Sequence record: PV467749.1
Reading direction: 5' to 3' (one strand)
Source of the DNA: a phage
DNA: 64,000 nucleotides
Positions 1 to 9,369 of the stretch are shown here, in pieces. Under the pieces are notes generated by a model. It was given only the letters and a program-made list of their open reading frames with translations. It was not told the DNA's origin and did no database searches. The translations under genes and the position numbers were made by a program. Position 1 is the stretch's first letter, and each line of letters begins with the position of its first letter.

Positions 1-939
1 GAAGATAACAGTAGTGATTGTCAATTGTATGAAGAGAAAGGTACTGGAAAAGTTTTTATCACTGGTAACACGAAGGCATTCACTGGTGTAACTGATAGAA
101 AAACTTTGTGGACGGACTGTACTACGTGGATAACATCAAGTGGTATTAATGTTTCTGATATAAAATACATGAGTAGTTTTTATGATATGAAGGTGAATTT
201 GATAACAAACGATGGTACATTGTATTGTTGTGGAGCTAACAATATATCGAACATATCATCATTTGGTGATGGCACAAACATTAATTCTTTTAACACATTC
301 AAAAGAGTAGATACTATAACTTCGGTTAAAAAGGCTGTTGGTAACATTTATTTGCGAGAAGATAATACTTTATGGGGTTGTGGTTTTAACTATTACTACC
401 AGTTGGGCACGGGTAATCAAACTTCTATTACTGGGGTGACGATGATTTCTTCGGATGTTATAGATTTTAATGTAAGTTATCAGAGTACATTTTTTATCAA
501 ATCGGATAATAATTTGTACGCTTGTGGTAAACAGTTCGGTGCACAATATGGGAACGAATTTGGTACAGGTGGTACTTCCTCTTCTACTGATATACAATAT
601 AAAACTCCGACATTATTGAGTTCAGGAGTTTATACTCTATATACTTGTGTTGGTAACATGGCATCACATATTGTCAAAGCAGATGAAGTTCTATATGCTT
701 CTGGATCGAATAGGTTTGGGCAATTAGGTGTTGGTAATAATAATAATCAGTACTCCTATACTCCTTCATATACTTCGTTTAATACTTCGTGTAATTTGGT
801 ACGCACTCCATCTGGTTCACTTATACTTACTGACACTTCGAAGTTATATTATTCGGGTGCTTCATTTGTAGTAATGGGTGGTGGTGCTGGACAGAACGTT
901 CTTAATTATACCGAAGTCGATATGTCATTTGTGCAGTAA
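1..939 (+). CDS. RCC1-like beta-propeller repeat protein, array paralog 1 (5' end lies outside window)
   Basis: Frame is open from base 1 (ORF track starts at a TTG). Repeated RCC1-type motifs are present (LWGCGFNYYYQLGTGN, LYACGKQFGAQYGNEFGTGG, LYASGSNRFGQLGVGNN). It is followed by the conserved hairpin/promoter cassette. Confidence 0.8.
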   Translation, partial: EDNSSDCQLYEEKGTGKVFITGNTKAFTGVTDRKTLWTDCTTWITSSGINVSDIKYMSSFYDMKVNLITNDGTLYCCGANNISNISSFGDGTNINSFNTFKRVDTITSVKKAVGNIYLREDNTLWGCGFNYYYQLGTGNQTSITGVTMISSDVIDFNVSYQSTFFIKSDNNLYACGKQFGAQYGNEFGTGGTSSSTDIQYKTPTLLSSGVYTLYTCVGNMASHIVKADEVLYASGSNRFGQLGVGNNNNQYSYTPSYTSFNTSCNLVRTPSGSLILTDTSKLYYSGASFVVMGGGAGQNVLNYTEVDMSFVQ

Positions 940-1012
940 ATTAATATGCCAGTACTTGAGTACTGGCTTTTCTTTTTGTATTAAATATAGTATAATGAAT
1001 AAGGGAGGAAAT
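940..1012 (+). promoter_or_regulatory. Array cassette junction: hairpin terminator (gccagtacttgagtactggc, 948-967) + T-tract + conserved promoter block (TATAAT at 991-996) + SD AAGGGAGG
   Basis: Inverted repeat CCAGTACT..AGTACTGG followed by TTTTCTTTTT. The downstream block tattaaatatagtataatgaataagggaggaaat is conserved upstream of most array genes. Confidence 0.75.
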
Positions 1013-2122
1013 ATGTTACCTTTTGTAAGAATGGTTAAGTACGGGAATATTGCACCAGTACCGAAAAAAATAAAGAAAGTTATAGCAGGATATGATAATT
1101 TATATGTACTATATGGTGATGGTTCGCTATATGGTTGTGGAATCAATAACTATCAACAGTTAAATATTGATGGAACTGCTACACAAAATAATTGGGTACT
1201 AATTACCAATGGTGTTAGTAATGCATGGGCTGGTGGATACAATATTTTATATTTGAAAGAAGATAAATTTATAATGCACGGAACTAATGTCTCATTAGGT
1301 TTAGGAAATACTACAATTCCATTAGGTGGAGTAGATGTAACTTCTTCATTCCCAGATATCTCTAATATTAAAATGATATCCATTGGTTTTGATTCAATGC
1401 ACTATGTTAGTGCTGATGGTACAACTGTATATGGAAGAGGTATGAACACAAATGGTTCTGTTGGTTCAGGTAGTACTTACTCACAGAGTACTTTCACTTC
1501 AGTACTGAATAATGGAACTAATCAGGTTATTGATATATTTGGTAACGTTAATAATACAGTGCTTCTAACATCGAATGGTGAGCTTCGAGCATGTGGGACA
1601 AGTGCTTATGGTTCTATAGGAAATGAAACTGGTAAGTGGACATCGTTTGGTTTAAAATTATCTGGCACTAAAATAATGGGTGGTAATGGGTATAGTACGC
1701 TTGCATATACAAATTCGGGAATGTACCACTCAGGGTGGCAGTTAAATGGGGAACTAGGAAATGGTTTAAATACTAACGTACAGGTATATCCATTTCAATT
1801 TAACTCTAAAACGATAGATAGCAAGATAGATAAAATTGCCAAATCATCATCTGGGTCATATGTTAACATGTACTCAACAACAGAAGGAAAGATATATACG
1901 ACAGGTTCGTTTGGTAAAAACGGGTCAACTACTGCATTGAATTTGTTCACCAATACATTAACACTTATAAATTACAATCCAGATACCGCCTCGTTGTATA
2001 CGTGCACAAACTTCAGTGTTGTGTATGATGGTAATGAAACTATTGCTGTAAGTGGTAGTCCTACATATGTACCAGGGGGCGTTGCCGCTAATAGATGGAC
2101 TACAATTCCATTACCCAAGTAA
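1013..2122 (+). CDS. RCC1-like beta-propeller repeat protein, array paralog 2 (N-term MLPFVRMVKYGNIAP)
   Basis: ATG at 1013 lies 5 nt after SD AAGGGAGG. The ORF-track upstream extension (878-) reads through the promoter and is not credible. Motifs: LYGCGINNYQQLN, VYGRGMNTNGSVGSGS, LRACGTSAYGSIGNETG, MYHSGWQLNGELGNG. Confidence 0.85.
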   Translation: MLPFVRMVKYGNIAPVPKKIKKVIAGYDNLYVLYGDGSLYGCGINNYQQLNIDGTATQNNWVLITNGVSNAWAGGYNILYLKEDKFIMHGTNVSLGLGNTTIPLGGVDVTSSFPDISNIKMISIGFDSMHYVSADGTTVYGRGMNTNGSVGSGSTYSQSTFTSVLNNGTNQVIDIFGNVNNTVLLTSNGELRACGTSAYGSIGNETGKWTSFGLKLSGTKIMGGNGYSTLAYTNSGMYHSGWQLNGELGNGLNTNVQVYPFQFNSKTIDSKIDKIAKSSSGSYVNMYSTTEGKIYTTGSFGKNGSTTALNLFTNTLTLINYNPDTASLYTCTNFSVVYDGNETIAVSGSPTYVPGGVAANRWTTIPLPK

Positions 2123-2190
2123 TACTATGCCAGTACTTGATACTGGCTTTTTTTTGATTAAATATAGTATAATGAATAAAGGAGGGAATT
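2123..2190 (+). promoter_or_regulatory. Array cassette junction: hairpin terminator (2129-2147) + T8 + conserved promoter block (TATAAT 2168-2173) + SD AAAGGAGGG
   Basis: gccagtacttgatactggc tttttttt gattaaatatagtataatgaataaaggagggaatt ATG. Near-identical copies recur across the array. Confidence 0.8.
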
Positions 2191-3318
2191 ATGTTACCTT
2201 TTGTTAGAATGTTTGATTATGGGAATATAATCGAAGTTAATAATATAAAGAAAAGTGTTGTTAGTTACACTCTTGAAATGTTTCTAATGCAAGATGGCAC
2301 TGTATATGCACACGGTGAAGATTCAAACTATAATGCGGGTTTAAGTACACAGTTTGTATCGTTAGGAGCAGTTCAACAAATCACAACTGAAGTTGATGAC
2401 TTATGGTTAGGATCGTTTTCCGTTGTTATTAAAGGTGATAAAATATATGGTTCAGGTTCAACATATGCATTCACGAATTCTAATACTTTCCAACAAGGAT
2501 ATACTGACTGGGCTGTGTATTTCACTGGTATAGATGTTACCCAAATTAAAAAAATGTTATGTGGTTATACAGCATTTATATTAATGAAAGACGGAACACT
2601 TTATGGAAGAGGATGGAATCGAAGTGGTGCATTAGGTTTAGGACATAAAAATTATGTTTCAGCGTGGACTGTACTTGACACTAATGTGGATAATATATTT
2701 GGCGGTTACCTTGGCGATACATTGTTTAAGATTAAAAACGATGGAACTGTATATGGTTCAGGTTCAAATAACAGCTTTCAAGTTAAAGCAACATCGGGTG
2801 ATGCAACCACATTTGTTCCATTGTTTGATGATATATCTTATGATATAAAATGCAGTTTTGTTTCTGGTGTTGGTTTTGTAATGATAACATCTGATAATAA
2901 AATATATACAACTGGAACTACTTTTGCTGGTAGTGGTGCACATAGTAAAGTTTTTGATGTTGGTTTTACTATAGGTGATATGAGTAATATATATCATCCT
3001 GATTCGTTGGACTATTCGACTAGTGTTGTATTTTTAATTAATGCAGATACAAACAAACTAATAGCAACTGGGCATACCCCATTTACGGGAAGTAGTTCAA
3101 GTTCCCTTCCATATTTTACAGCATTTCAAGAATTCAATTTTACATCGTTCAATTCGAATACACGATATAGTGGGTCTTTATACTGGAATACATTTTACGA
3201 AGGTAATAATGTATGGATGAATGGATATAATCCTGAAAATACGGGTGGAAAGAATTTCTCATTGTGTTCAATACCGTTAGATACTATTATTACTAAGCAA
3301 ATTGATTTACCTTTTTGA
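2191..3318 (+). CDS. RCC1-like beta-propeller repeat protein, array paralog 3 (N-term MLPFVRMFDYGN)
   Basis: Strong SD with 8-nt spacing. Motifs: VYAHGEDSNYNAGLS, IYGSGSTYAFTNSNTFQQG, LYGRGWNRSGALGLGHKN, VYGSGSNNSFQV. Confidence 0.85.
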   Translation: MLPFVRMFDYGNIIEVNNIKKSVVSYTLEMFLMQDGTVYAHGEDSNYNAGLSTQFVSLGAVQQITTEVDDLWLGSFSVVIKGDKIYGSGSTYAFTNSNTFQQGYTDWAVYFTGIDVTQIKKMLCGYTAFILMKDGTLYGRGWNRSGALGLGHKNYVSAWTVLDTNVDNIFGGYLGDTLFKIKNDGTVYGSGSNNSFQVKATSGDATTFVPLFDDISYDIKCSFVSGVGFVMITSDNKIYTTGTTFAGSGAHSKVFDVGFTIGDMSNIYHPDSLDYSTSVVFLINADTNKLIATGHTPFTGSSSSSLPYFTAFQEFNFTSFNSNTRYSGSLYWNTFYEGNNVWMNGYNPENTGGKNFSLCSIPLDTIITKQIDLPF

Positions 3319-3388
3319 ATACTATGCCAGTACTTGATACTGGCTTTTTTTTTGATTAAATATAGTATAATGAATAAAGGAGGGAATT
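3319..3388 (+). promoter_or_regulatory. Array cassette junction: hairpin terminator (3326-3344) + T-tract + conserved promoter block + SD
   Basis: Same conserved sequence as 2123-2190. Confidence 0.8.
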
Positions 3389-4510
3389 ATGTTACCTTTT
3401 GTTAGAATGTTTGATTATGGAAATGAAGTACCTGATCCTAGTTCGGGATTTCGAATAATAAGTACAGGAGACGCATTACTATTAATTACTAAGAGTGGTG
3501 ATTTGTGGGTGCGTGGTTATAACCGTTATGGTAAGTTAGGTATAGGTAATAACACCACTACCTATGTACTTGATTGGACGAAGGTTAGAAGTGATGTAAA
3601 GTTTGCGTGTGGTAGTGGATTGGTAACAGTTATCTTTACTAAGGATAATCGCATATTGTACTGTGGTGACAAATGGTTTGAAACGGGTGGTGTTGGTAGT
3701 GCACAGATTTTCACATGGACAGATGTTACGCATCAATTTGGGGTAGTAGATTTGAGTACTGTAAGGGATATGAAAATATCTTATTACGCGATTGGGTTAG
3801 TTACTACTAATAATCAATTATACGCTAAGGGATTTGATAATAACCTATCATTTGGTGGGGTTACTAATAAGGCGACTGCTGTGTTTATTGCGAATAATGT
3901 ACAAGAGTTGTATACGAGTTTAGTTAGTACTATCTACGTTGATACAAGTGGTATATTACATCGTTGTGGCATGAGTGATAACGGTTCGTTGGGTAATAAT
4001 GGTAGTTTAACTTCGTATCTAAGTTATTCACAGACTGGTATGACGATTAAGGACATTGGAATGATGACTACGAACACTGGGTTATTATATACTGATTCTA
4101 GTGCACGCACGAGATATTTTATTGCTGGACAGAACTTGAATAAACAGATGGGTAATGCGGCGGGTGCGAGTGCCATTACGAGTACTTACACAGAGCTTTC
4201 TGGTAGTGTTGATAAGTTTTCTTCTTTATGGGAGAATGATGGGATATTGATGACATTTGCTGTGGGTAAGAACACTAATCAGTTATTTTATGCTGGGATG
4301 AATACTTTTCATGCGAGTGGTGGTGAATCTTCATATGCGGATACATATGAGTTAGTCCCGATGGTGTTTAATGACATACAGGAAGTGTTATGTGCACAGC
4401 GTTTATCGGTGGTACATGATTCTACGAAGTGGTATTACTGTGGTGATGCTAATTCAATGTATGGTTTACCGGACGTAAGTACTTTTACTGAGTTACCGTT
4501 GCCCTTTTAA
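3389..4510 (+). CDS. RCC1-like beta-propeller repeat protein, array paralog 4 (N-term MLPFVRMFDYGN)
   Basis: Motifs: LWVRGYNRYGKLGIGNNTT, LYCGDKWFETGGVGS, LHRCGMSDNGSLGNNGS, FIAGQNLNKQMGNAAG. Confidence 0.85.
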   Translation: MLPFVRMFDYGNEVPDPSSGFRIISTGDALLLITKSGDLWVRGYNRYGKLGIGNNTTTYVLDWTKVRSDVKFACGSGLVTVIFTKDNRILYCGDKWFETGGVGSAQIFTWTDVTHQFGVVDLSTVRDMKISYYAIGLVTTNNQLYAKGFDNNLSFGGVTNKATAVFIANNVQELYTSLVSTIYVDTSGILHRCGMSDNGSLGNNGSLTSYLSYSQTGMTIKDIGMMTTNTGLLYTDSSARTRYFIAGQNLNKQMGNAAGASAITSTYTELSGSVDKFSSLWENDGILMTFAVGKNTNQLFYAGMNTFHASGGESSYADTYELVPMVFNDIQEVLCAQRLSVVHDSTKWYYCGDANSMYGLPDVSTFTELPLPF

Positions 4511-4581
4511 TAATAGGTCAGTACTCAAGTACTGGCTTTTCTTTTTGATTAAATATAGTATAATGAATAAAGGAGGGAATT
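4511..4581 (+). promoter_or_regulatory. Array cassette junction: hairpin terminator (tcagtactcaagtactgg, ~4518-4537) + T-tract + conserved promoter block + SD
   Basis: Conserved cassette sequence. Confidence 0.8.
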
Positions 4582-5763
4582 ATGTTACCTTTTGTTAGAA
4601 TGTTTGATTATGGGAACGTCGTTGAGCCACCTGTGGGTACACGTTATACCTGTAGTGACTATAGTGCGACTTATAGTTTAATAAAGGATGGTGTGTTATA
4701 TGTATCTGGGATGAATAACTATTATCAGTTAGGTAATAACACTAACGTAACACGTTACAACGAGTGGTTAAAAGTTCCAGAGACTGATAGTGTTAAGTTT
4801 TGTAGTACTGGTTATAGTCAGACAATGTATCTGACTAACAATGGTAGGATAATGATAGCAGGTGAAGATCCTACTTCCAGTGCGACTTCGGTAAGTGTAA
4901 AGGTTTGGACGGATATAACTTCTAGATTTCGTGCAGTTGATACTAAAAAGATTGTTTATATTTCAATAGAACGCTTTGGTGTAATGATGATCATGGAAGA
5001 TGGTTCAGTATGGGCGTGTGGTGTTGATAATACTGGTTGGAGTGGACAAGGGAGTAAGACTGTTGGTTTCTTTACTTTCAGACAAATATACACCGGAAGT
5101 GCAGGAAGTGCAGTTGCTTGTACTGCTGGTACTGGTACTGCGAGAATTCTGTTAGCTAATGGAACAATCTTGTCCTCTGGTACTAATACATATCATCAAT
5201 GTAATGCTAGTACTAATCCGGCTGTTCTAACATTCACTGAATCATTCCCTGGGGTTGATCCTTCATTGATATATCAAATCAAGATGTGTAATAACAACTG
5301 TATTATATTTTTGAGTGATAAGAGATATTACGGTACTGGCTGGGGAAGTTTTGGTGCATTGGGTGATGGTGATATTACGGGTTCGAATAATAAATTCTAT
5401 GCAGGTACATTGTCAGTTGCTCCTAAAAACATGCGTGCTTATATGTCGTATCTATGTAGTTCTTCTGGGGATTCTAGTATGTACATAGGCGATGATAATT
5501 TCATATACACCTGCGGTTATCGTGGGAGGAACTTAATAAATGCCACTACAGATATTGGTACGTTCACGAAATGCATTCAAAGTGCACAAGGATACAAGAA
5601 TGGACTTATATATAGTGGGAATTATTGTGCTGTAGTTTTTGATCCAGATTTGGGTTCAGGAATGTCATATGCGGTTTCATCACCAAAATTGAATTCTCCA
5701 GCACCACAGGCTAGTGTTCCAGCATTGGGTATGAGTTCGTTACAATCTATCATTTTACCATAA
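4582..5763 (+). CDS. RCC1-like beta-propeller repeat protein, array paralog 5 (N-term MLPFVRMFDYGN)
   Basis: Motifs: LYVSGMNNYYQLGNNTN, VWACGVDNTGWSGQGS, YYGTGWGSFGALGDGD. Confidence 0.85.
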   Translation: MLPFVRMFDYGNVVEPPVGTRYTCSDYSATYSLIKDGVLYVSGMNNYYQLGNNTNVTRYNEWLKVPETDSVKFCSTGYSQTMYLTNNGRIMIAGEDPTSSATSVSVKVWTDITSRFRAVDTKKIVYISIERFGVMMIMEDGSVWACGVDNTGWSGQGSKTVGFFTFRQIYTGSAGSAVACTAGTGTARILLANGTILSSGTNTYHQCNASTNPAVLTFTESFPGVDPSLIYQIKMCNNNCIIFLSDKRYYGTGWGSFGALGDGDITGSNNKFYAGTLSVAPKNMRAYMSYLCSSSGDSSMYIGDDNFIYTCGYRGRNLINATTDIGTFTKCIQSAQGYKNGLIYSGNYCAVVFDPDLGSGMSYAVSSPKLNSPAPQASVPALGMSSLQSIILP

Positions 5764-5837
5764 ATGATACCAGTACTGAAATACGTACTGGTATTTTTTT
5801 GTAAATACATTATAATTATTATATGGAGATTTTAGTT
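5764..5837 (+). promoter_or_regulatory. Variant cassette junction: hairpin terminator (taccagtactgaaatacgtactggta) + T7 + variant promoter (ttgtaaatacattataatt) + SD GGAGA
   Basis: Uses the same AGTACT-type hairpin. The promoter block diverges but keeps TATAAT. Confidence 0.65.
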
Positions 5838-6968
5838 ATGTTACCTTTTGTTAGAATGTTTGATTATGGGAATACAGTGGCTGCTCCCACTGGTATAAAG
5901 GATTTCCAAGCAAATGGAAGCCACTGTATGGCACTAACATATAGTGGTGAGATGTGGGCTTATGGTACAAGTACAAGTGGATCAATGGGAACCGGATTCA
6001 CGGTGGGTGCTGCTGATAAGGGTTGGTACAAGTCTAACATTAGTAATGTTAAATCATTCAGTTCTAATATGCAGACTAGCACAGTGGCTTTGACAAATGA
6101 TGATAGAGTGCTAGTTTGTGGCTCAACTAGATTTGACAAATTCAGTACTCCAGATATTGCATCATCTAACCTTGATTGGTTGGATGTTACTGATCATATT
6201 CCACAGGAAGTTATTGATGCTGGGATGAAGCAAGTTATTAACCACGCATATTATGTTGCCATTTTTACTGAAAACAATCTATTATATAGTGTGGCATTAT
6301 CTTTGGGTAATACTAGTACTATAATAGATAGAACATGGCGAAGAAATACATTTGGTGATATACAAGTTGAACGTGTTGTTTCGTTGACACAAACCCCAAG
6401 TGGTCCTTTGTGTATAGTTCAAGATGCTGCCGGATACCAGTATGGTATTGGATATAATGGTAATAAGATTATTGATAATACTTCCACTAATTCATATTCT
6501 GTATATACCAAAATGGGTACACTTCCTTACAATGAATTTGCCATATCGAATAGCGGGAAATTCAGTTCAGCGGTATTATCAGATGGGAGAAGTGTTTATA
6601 GTGGTACATTTCCAAAGTCATTCAATGATAGTTTTGGTTCATTTTTGAAAGTTGGTGCGGTATCAAATACTGTGTTTGGTTTAGATGCAAAAAATATGCG
6701 TGGTCAATATGGTCAAAATCAATTACCAATTGCGTCGGCTGATAACAATGCAAGTAATGGCGTTGTGAGCCTTCGTAATGTTCCAGCGGGAACACAAACG
6801 AAAGACATTCGATTTATATGCGGAAATGATGTAAAGAACGTTTATATCATATACACAAATGAAGACGGCATTAGTTCATTTTATGGATTGGGACCAAACT
6901 TTGATCAAAATTCCTCAGCATATGCACAATTCGTCAAAGTGGATTTGCCAGGGGCATTACTAAATTAA
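5838..6968 (+). CDS. RCC1-like beta-propeller repeat protein, array paralog 6 (N-term MLPFVRMFDYGN), first of a 3-gene operon
   Basis: The ATG at 5838 starts the conserved MLPFVRMFDYGN. The ORF-track start at 5823 adds 5 residues and has no SD. The propeller motifs are divergent (MWAYGTSTSGSMGTG). Confidence 0.8.
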   Translation: MLPFVRMFDYGNTVAAPTGIKDFQANGSHCMALTYSGEMWAYGTSTSGSMGTGFTVGAADKGWYKSNISNVKSFSSNMQTSTVALTNDDRVLVCGSTRFDKFSTPDIASSNLDWLDVTDHIPQEVIDAGMKQVINHAYYVAIFTENNLLYSVALSLGNTSTIIDRTWRRNTFGDIQVERVVSLTQTPSGPLCIVQDAAGYQYGIGYNGNKIIDNTSTNSYSVYTKMGTLPYNEFAISNSGKFSSAVLSDGRSVYSGTFPKSFNDSFGSFLKVGAVSNTVFGLDAKNMRGQYGQNQLPIASADNNASNGVVSLRNVPAGTQTKDIRFICGNDVKNVYIIYTNEDGISSFYGLGPNFDQNSSAYAQFVKVDLPGALLN

Positions 6969-6978
6969 GGAGAGAAAT

Positions 6979-8181
6979 ATGTTACCTTTTGCGAGGATGG
7001 TTAAGTTCGGGAATATTGCACCAGGGCCAGAACCAATAGAGTTCTCAAATGTTTTACAACAACATTATACAAACTGTATGTATCTACATAGCCCAACTAA
7101 TACTTTATATGGTTATGGTAGTAATAACTTTTATCAATTTGGTCTTGGGAATTCAGCAGCAGTTGCGTCATTTACAGTACTTGCAACGCGATGTGCAGCC
7201 TTTTGGCTTGGTGTTCAAGGTTCATTGATGATTGATTTGGATAATAAAATATACTACACTGGGTCGGTTGGTGCATTTTCTGATTATGGAGATGCAACAC
7301 CTGTTAATGGTTATTTGAGAACATGGACTGATGTTACTGCTTCATTTAATAAAATTGGTGTTATGGCTAATATGATCAAGAGTGTATATATAGGTGAAAG
7401 TACTAGAATATTATTAACCGATGGTAGAGTAATTGCGTGTGGAAGAAATACCAATGGTGAATGTGGGTCTGGTAATCGAAATTCCATACCTACACTAACA
7501 GTTATGACTAATATGGGTGAAGTTACACATATGGCATGTTCATTACAAGGAACGCACTATATTAAATCAAATAAAAAGGCATGGTTTTGTGGTAAGGATA
7601 ACTTCGGTGAAAGTGGTTGTGGTGCTAGTTCTATGATATATTTGAACAAATATGTGATGAGTGATGTCGAACATATTAGTACTACATACGATGTTACTTG
7701 GTGGTTTACTACTGGTGGGCCTGTATATTATAGCGGGGCTAACAGTACTGGACAAGCTGGTAATGGTACGACTACATCGGTAAATCAGCTAACACCAATT
7801 AGGAACACATCGGTCACGGTTGATGTAAGTAAGTACAGTACTTTTATTTGTCCAAGTAATATGGGAAATGCATCAATTGGTGCACCTATGGCACAATACG
7901 CACCATATGTTAGAAGTAGTGGTGCTAACGGATACGGTCAAGAAGGTAATGGAACTAATACATTAGTTAGGACTTGGAATATTTTTAATCTTAATGCAAT
8001 AAGTGGTGGTTATGACAATGTTCTTATGGCATCTAAAGATTGGAGCAGAACCATAATAATTACTAAAGATTATAAATTATATGCATGTGGTGGCTGGAAT
8101 GGTAATGGTGGTAGATTGCCTGATGGCACTTATAGTATTACTACACTAACATTAATGCCAACGCAGTTATGGCAACAATAG
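6979..8181 (+). CDS. RCC1-like beta-propeller repeat protein, array paralog 7 (N-term MLPFARMVKFGNIAP)
   Basis: SD AAGGAGAG lies 10 nt after the stop of paralog 6. No terminator or promoter cassette intervenes. Motifs: LYGYGSNNFYQFGLGNS, VIACGRNTNGECGSGN, WFCGKDNFGESGCGAS, VYYSGANSTGQAGNG. Confidence 0.85.
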   Translation: MLPFARMVKFGNIAPGPEPIEFSNVLQQHYTNCMYLHSPTNTLYGYGSNNFYQFGLGNSAAVASFTVLATRCAAFWLGVQGSLMIDLDNKIYYTGSVGAFSDYGDATPVNGYLRTWTDVTASFNKIGVMANMIKSVYIGESTRILLTDGRVIACGRNTNGECGSGNRNSIPTLTVMTNMGEVTHMACSLQGTHYIKSNKKAWFCGKDNFGESGCGASSMIYLNKYVMSDVEHISTTYDVTWWFTTGGPVYYSGANSTGQAGNGTTTSVNQLTPIRNTSVTVDVSKYSTFICPSNMGNASIGAPMAQYAPYVRSSGANGYGQEGNGTNTLVRTWNIFNLNAISGGYDNVLMASKDWSRTIIITKDYKLYACGGWNGNGGRLPDGTYSITTLTLMPTQLWQQ

Positions 8182-8189
8182 GAGGAATT

Positions 8190-9299
8190 ATGTTACCTTT
8201 TGTAAGACTATTTGATTATGGGAATATTACCTCTGGTCCTAAAAATATAATTAAAGTTGGTGCTTCTACTCAAGGTCAATTCGTATTGACTGATTCACAT
8301 GAATTGTATTACATAGGCAGAAATCAAGGTGGTGAATCTGGAAATGGTAATAAAAACACGGTATCTTCTTGGACATTAGTAAGTGCAGATGTTTCTAATT
8401 TTTTCACTGGAGGACGAACACTTGTTATTATTAAAAATGACAATACGATATGGACATCAGGTGAAACATTTTGGTTCACATCATCATCAACAACTTCTTA
8501 CAGTACTACATTAGTTGATAGAACGGAGTGGTTTACAAATACAATTCCTGTGAATCAAATTGCTAATATTGTATGCAATGGTGGTGTAATATTTGTACTC
8601 AGTTCAAGTTCAGTACTCTATGGTGCTGGGGCTAATGGATACCGTGGTGTATTGGGGATTGGTTCTTCATCAATATATACATTAACACTATGTGCTTCTA
8701 ATGTGCGTAAAGTTATGTCTACTCCTAATGATAGTATGTATATTAGCATAGATAATAAGTTATATAGTTCAGGGTGGAATGACCGTGGATTACATGGCAC
8801 AGGGAACAGAACACAAGTTAACATTTGGGGACTGCGTAGTTCTGGTGTAATAGATGCAGCTATTGGTGGACATACACTCAATTACTATAATGGTACATCA
8901 TATTTCACATGTGGTACAACTCCAAACTTTCTTAGTTCAGATTCAACTACATTCAAAGCAGTTCCTGTAAGTACTTTACCTAATAATTCACCTTTGTTTA
9001 TGACAAATTCAGAGGCAACAAGCACGGCTACGCAAATTATATTAACTAGTGCATATCAGAAAGGTATTGGGGGAAACCGTGGTTTGGGATTAAACAATTC
9101 TCAAACGGGTGCTATCTATAGTGCTGCTAATTTACAATTACCTGTAGAAGTTAGTGAGATTAGTGATGTTGCTTTTAGTGACGGATTAACATCATTATTA
9201 ACCAAAGACGGGAATGTATATAGTACTGGATCGTATTACGCCATTCCAGGTGCAAGTGCAGATGTTGCAGTCTTTACTAAAATTGATTTACCAAAATAA
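8190..9299 (+). CDS. RCC1-like beta-propeller repeat protein, array paralog 8 (N-term MLPFVRLFDYGN)
   Basis: ATG at 8190 follows AGGAGGAATT. The region 8169-8189 overlaps the end of paralog 7. Motifs: LYYIGRNQGGESGNGN, LYGAGANGYRGVLGIGS, LYSSGWNDRGLHGTGN. Confidence 0.85.
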   Translation: MLPFVRLFDYGNITSGPKNIIKVGASTQGQFVLTDSHELYYIGRNQGGESGNGNKNTVSSWTLVSADVSNFFTGGRTLVIIKNDNTIWTSGETFWFTSSSTTSYSTTLVDRTEWFTNTIPVNQIANIVCNGGVIFVLSSSSVLYGAGANGYRGVLGIGSSSIYTLTLCASNVRKVMSTPNDSMYISIDNKLYSSGWNDRGLHGTGNRTQVNIWGLRSSGVIDAAIGGHTLNYYNGTSYFTCGTTPNFLSSDSTTFKAVPVSTLPNNSPLFMTNSEATSTATQIILTSAYQKGIGGNRGLGLNNSQTGAIYSAANLQLPVEVSEISDVAFSDGLTSLLTKDGNVYSTGSYYAIPGASADVAVFTKIDLPK

Positions 9300-9369
9300 C
9301 ATAATGCCAGTACAGAGTACTGGCTTTTCTTTTTGGTTAAATATAGTATAATGAATAAAGGAGGGAATT
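9300..9369 (+). promoter_or_regulatory. Array cassette junction: hairpin terminator (gccagtacagagtactggc) + T-tract + conserved promoter block + SD
   Basis: Conserved cassette sequence. Confidence 0.8.

Noticed and set aside
878-1012. Upstream extensions of array ORFs in the ORF track (878.., 13047.., 15722.. starting MVVLDRTF/MPVLDTGISFCIKYSIMNKGGN)
   Set aside because: The extensions read through the terminator hairpin and promoter block. The conserved SD sits 5-8 nt before the MLPF... ATG, so the downstream ATG is the real start.
370-1383. Antisense ORFs inside array genes (370..597, 925..1146, 1153..1383 and similar ones throughout, e.g. 2764..2997, 7567..7755, 8618..8881)
   Set aside because: They lie wholly inside the well-supported propeller genes on the opposite strand. 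They lack SDs and are low-complexity. They are typical spurious ORFs of AT-rich DNA.
2150-2173. Reading the array promoter as canonical sigma-70 TTGATT(-35)/TATAAT(-10)
   Set aside because: TTGATT and TATAAT are separated by only 8 nt. The position 17 nt upstream of TATAAT falls in the variable T-tract. I therefore treat it as a non-canonical, possibly phage-sigma-dependent, promoter.
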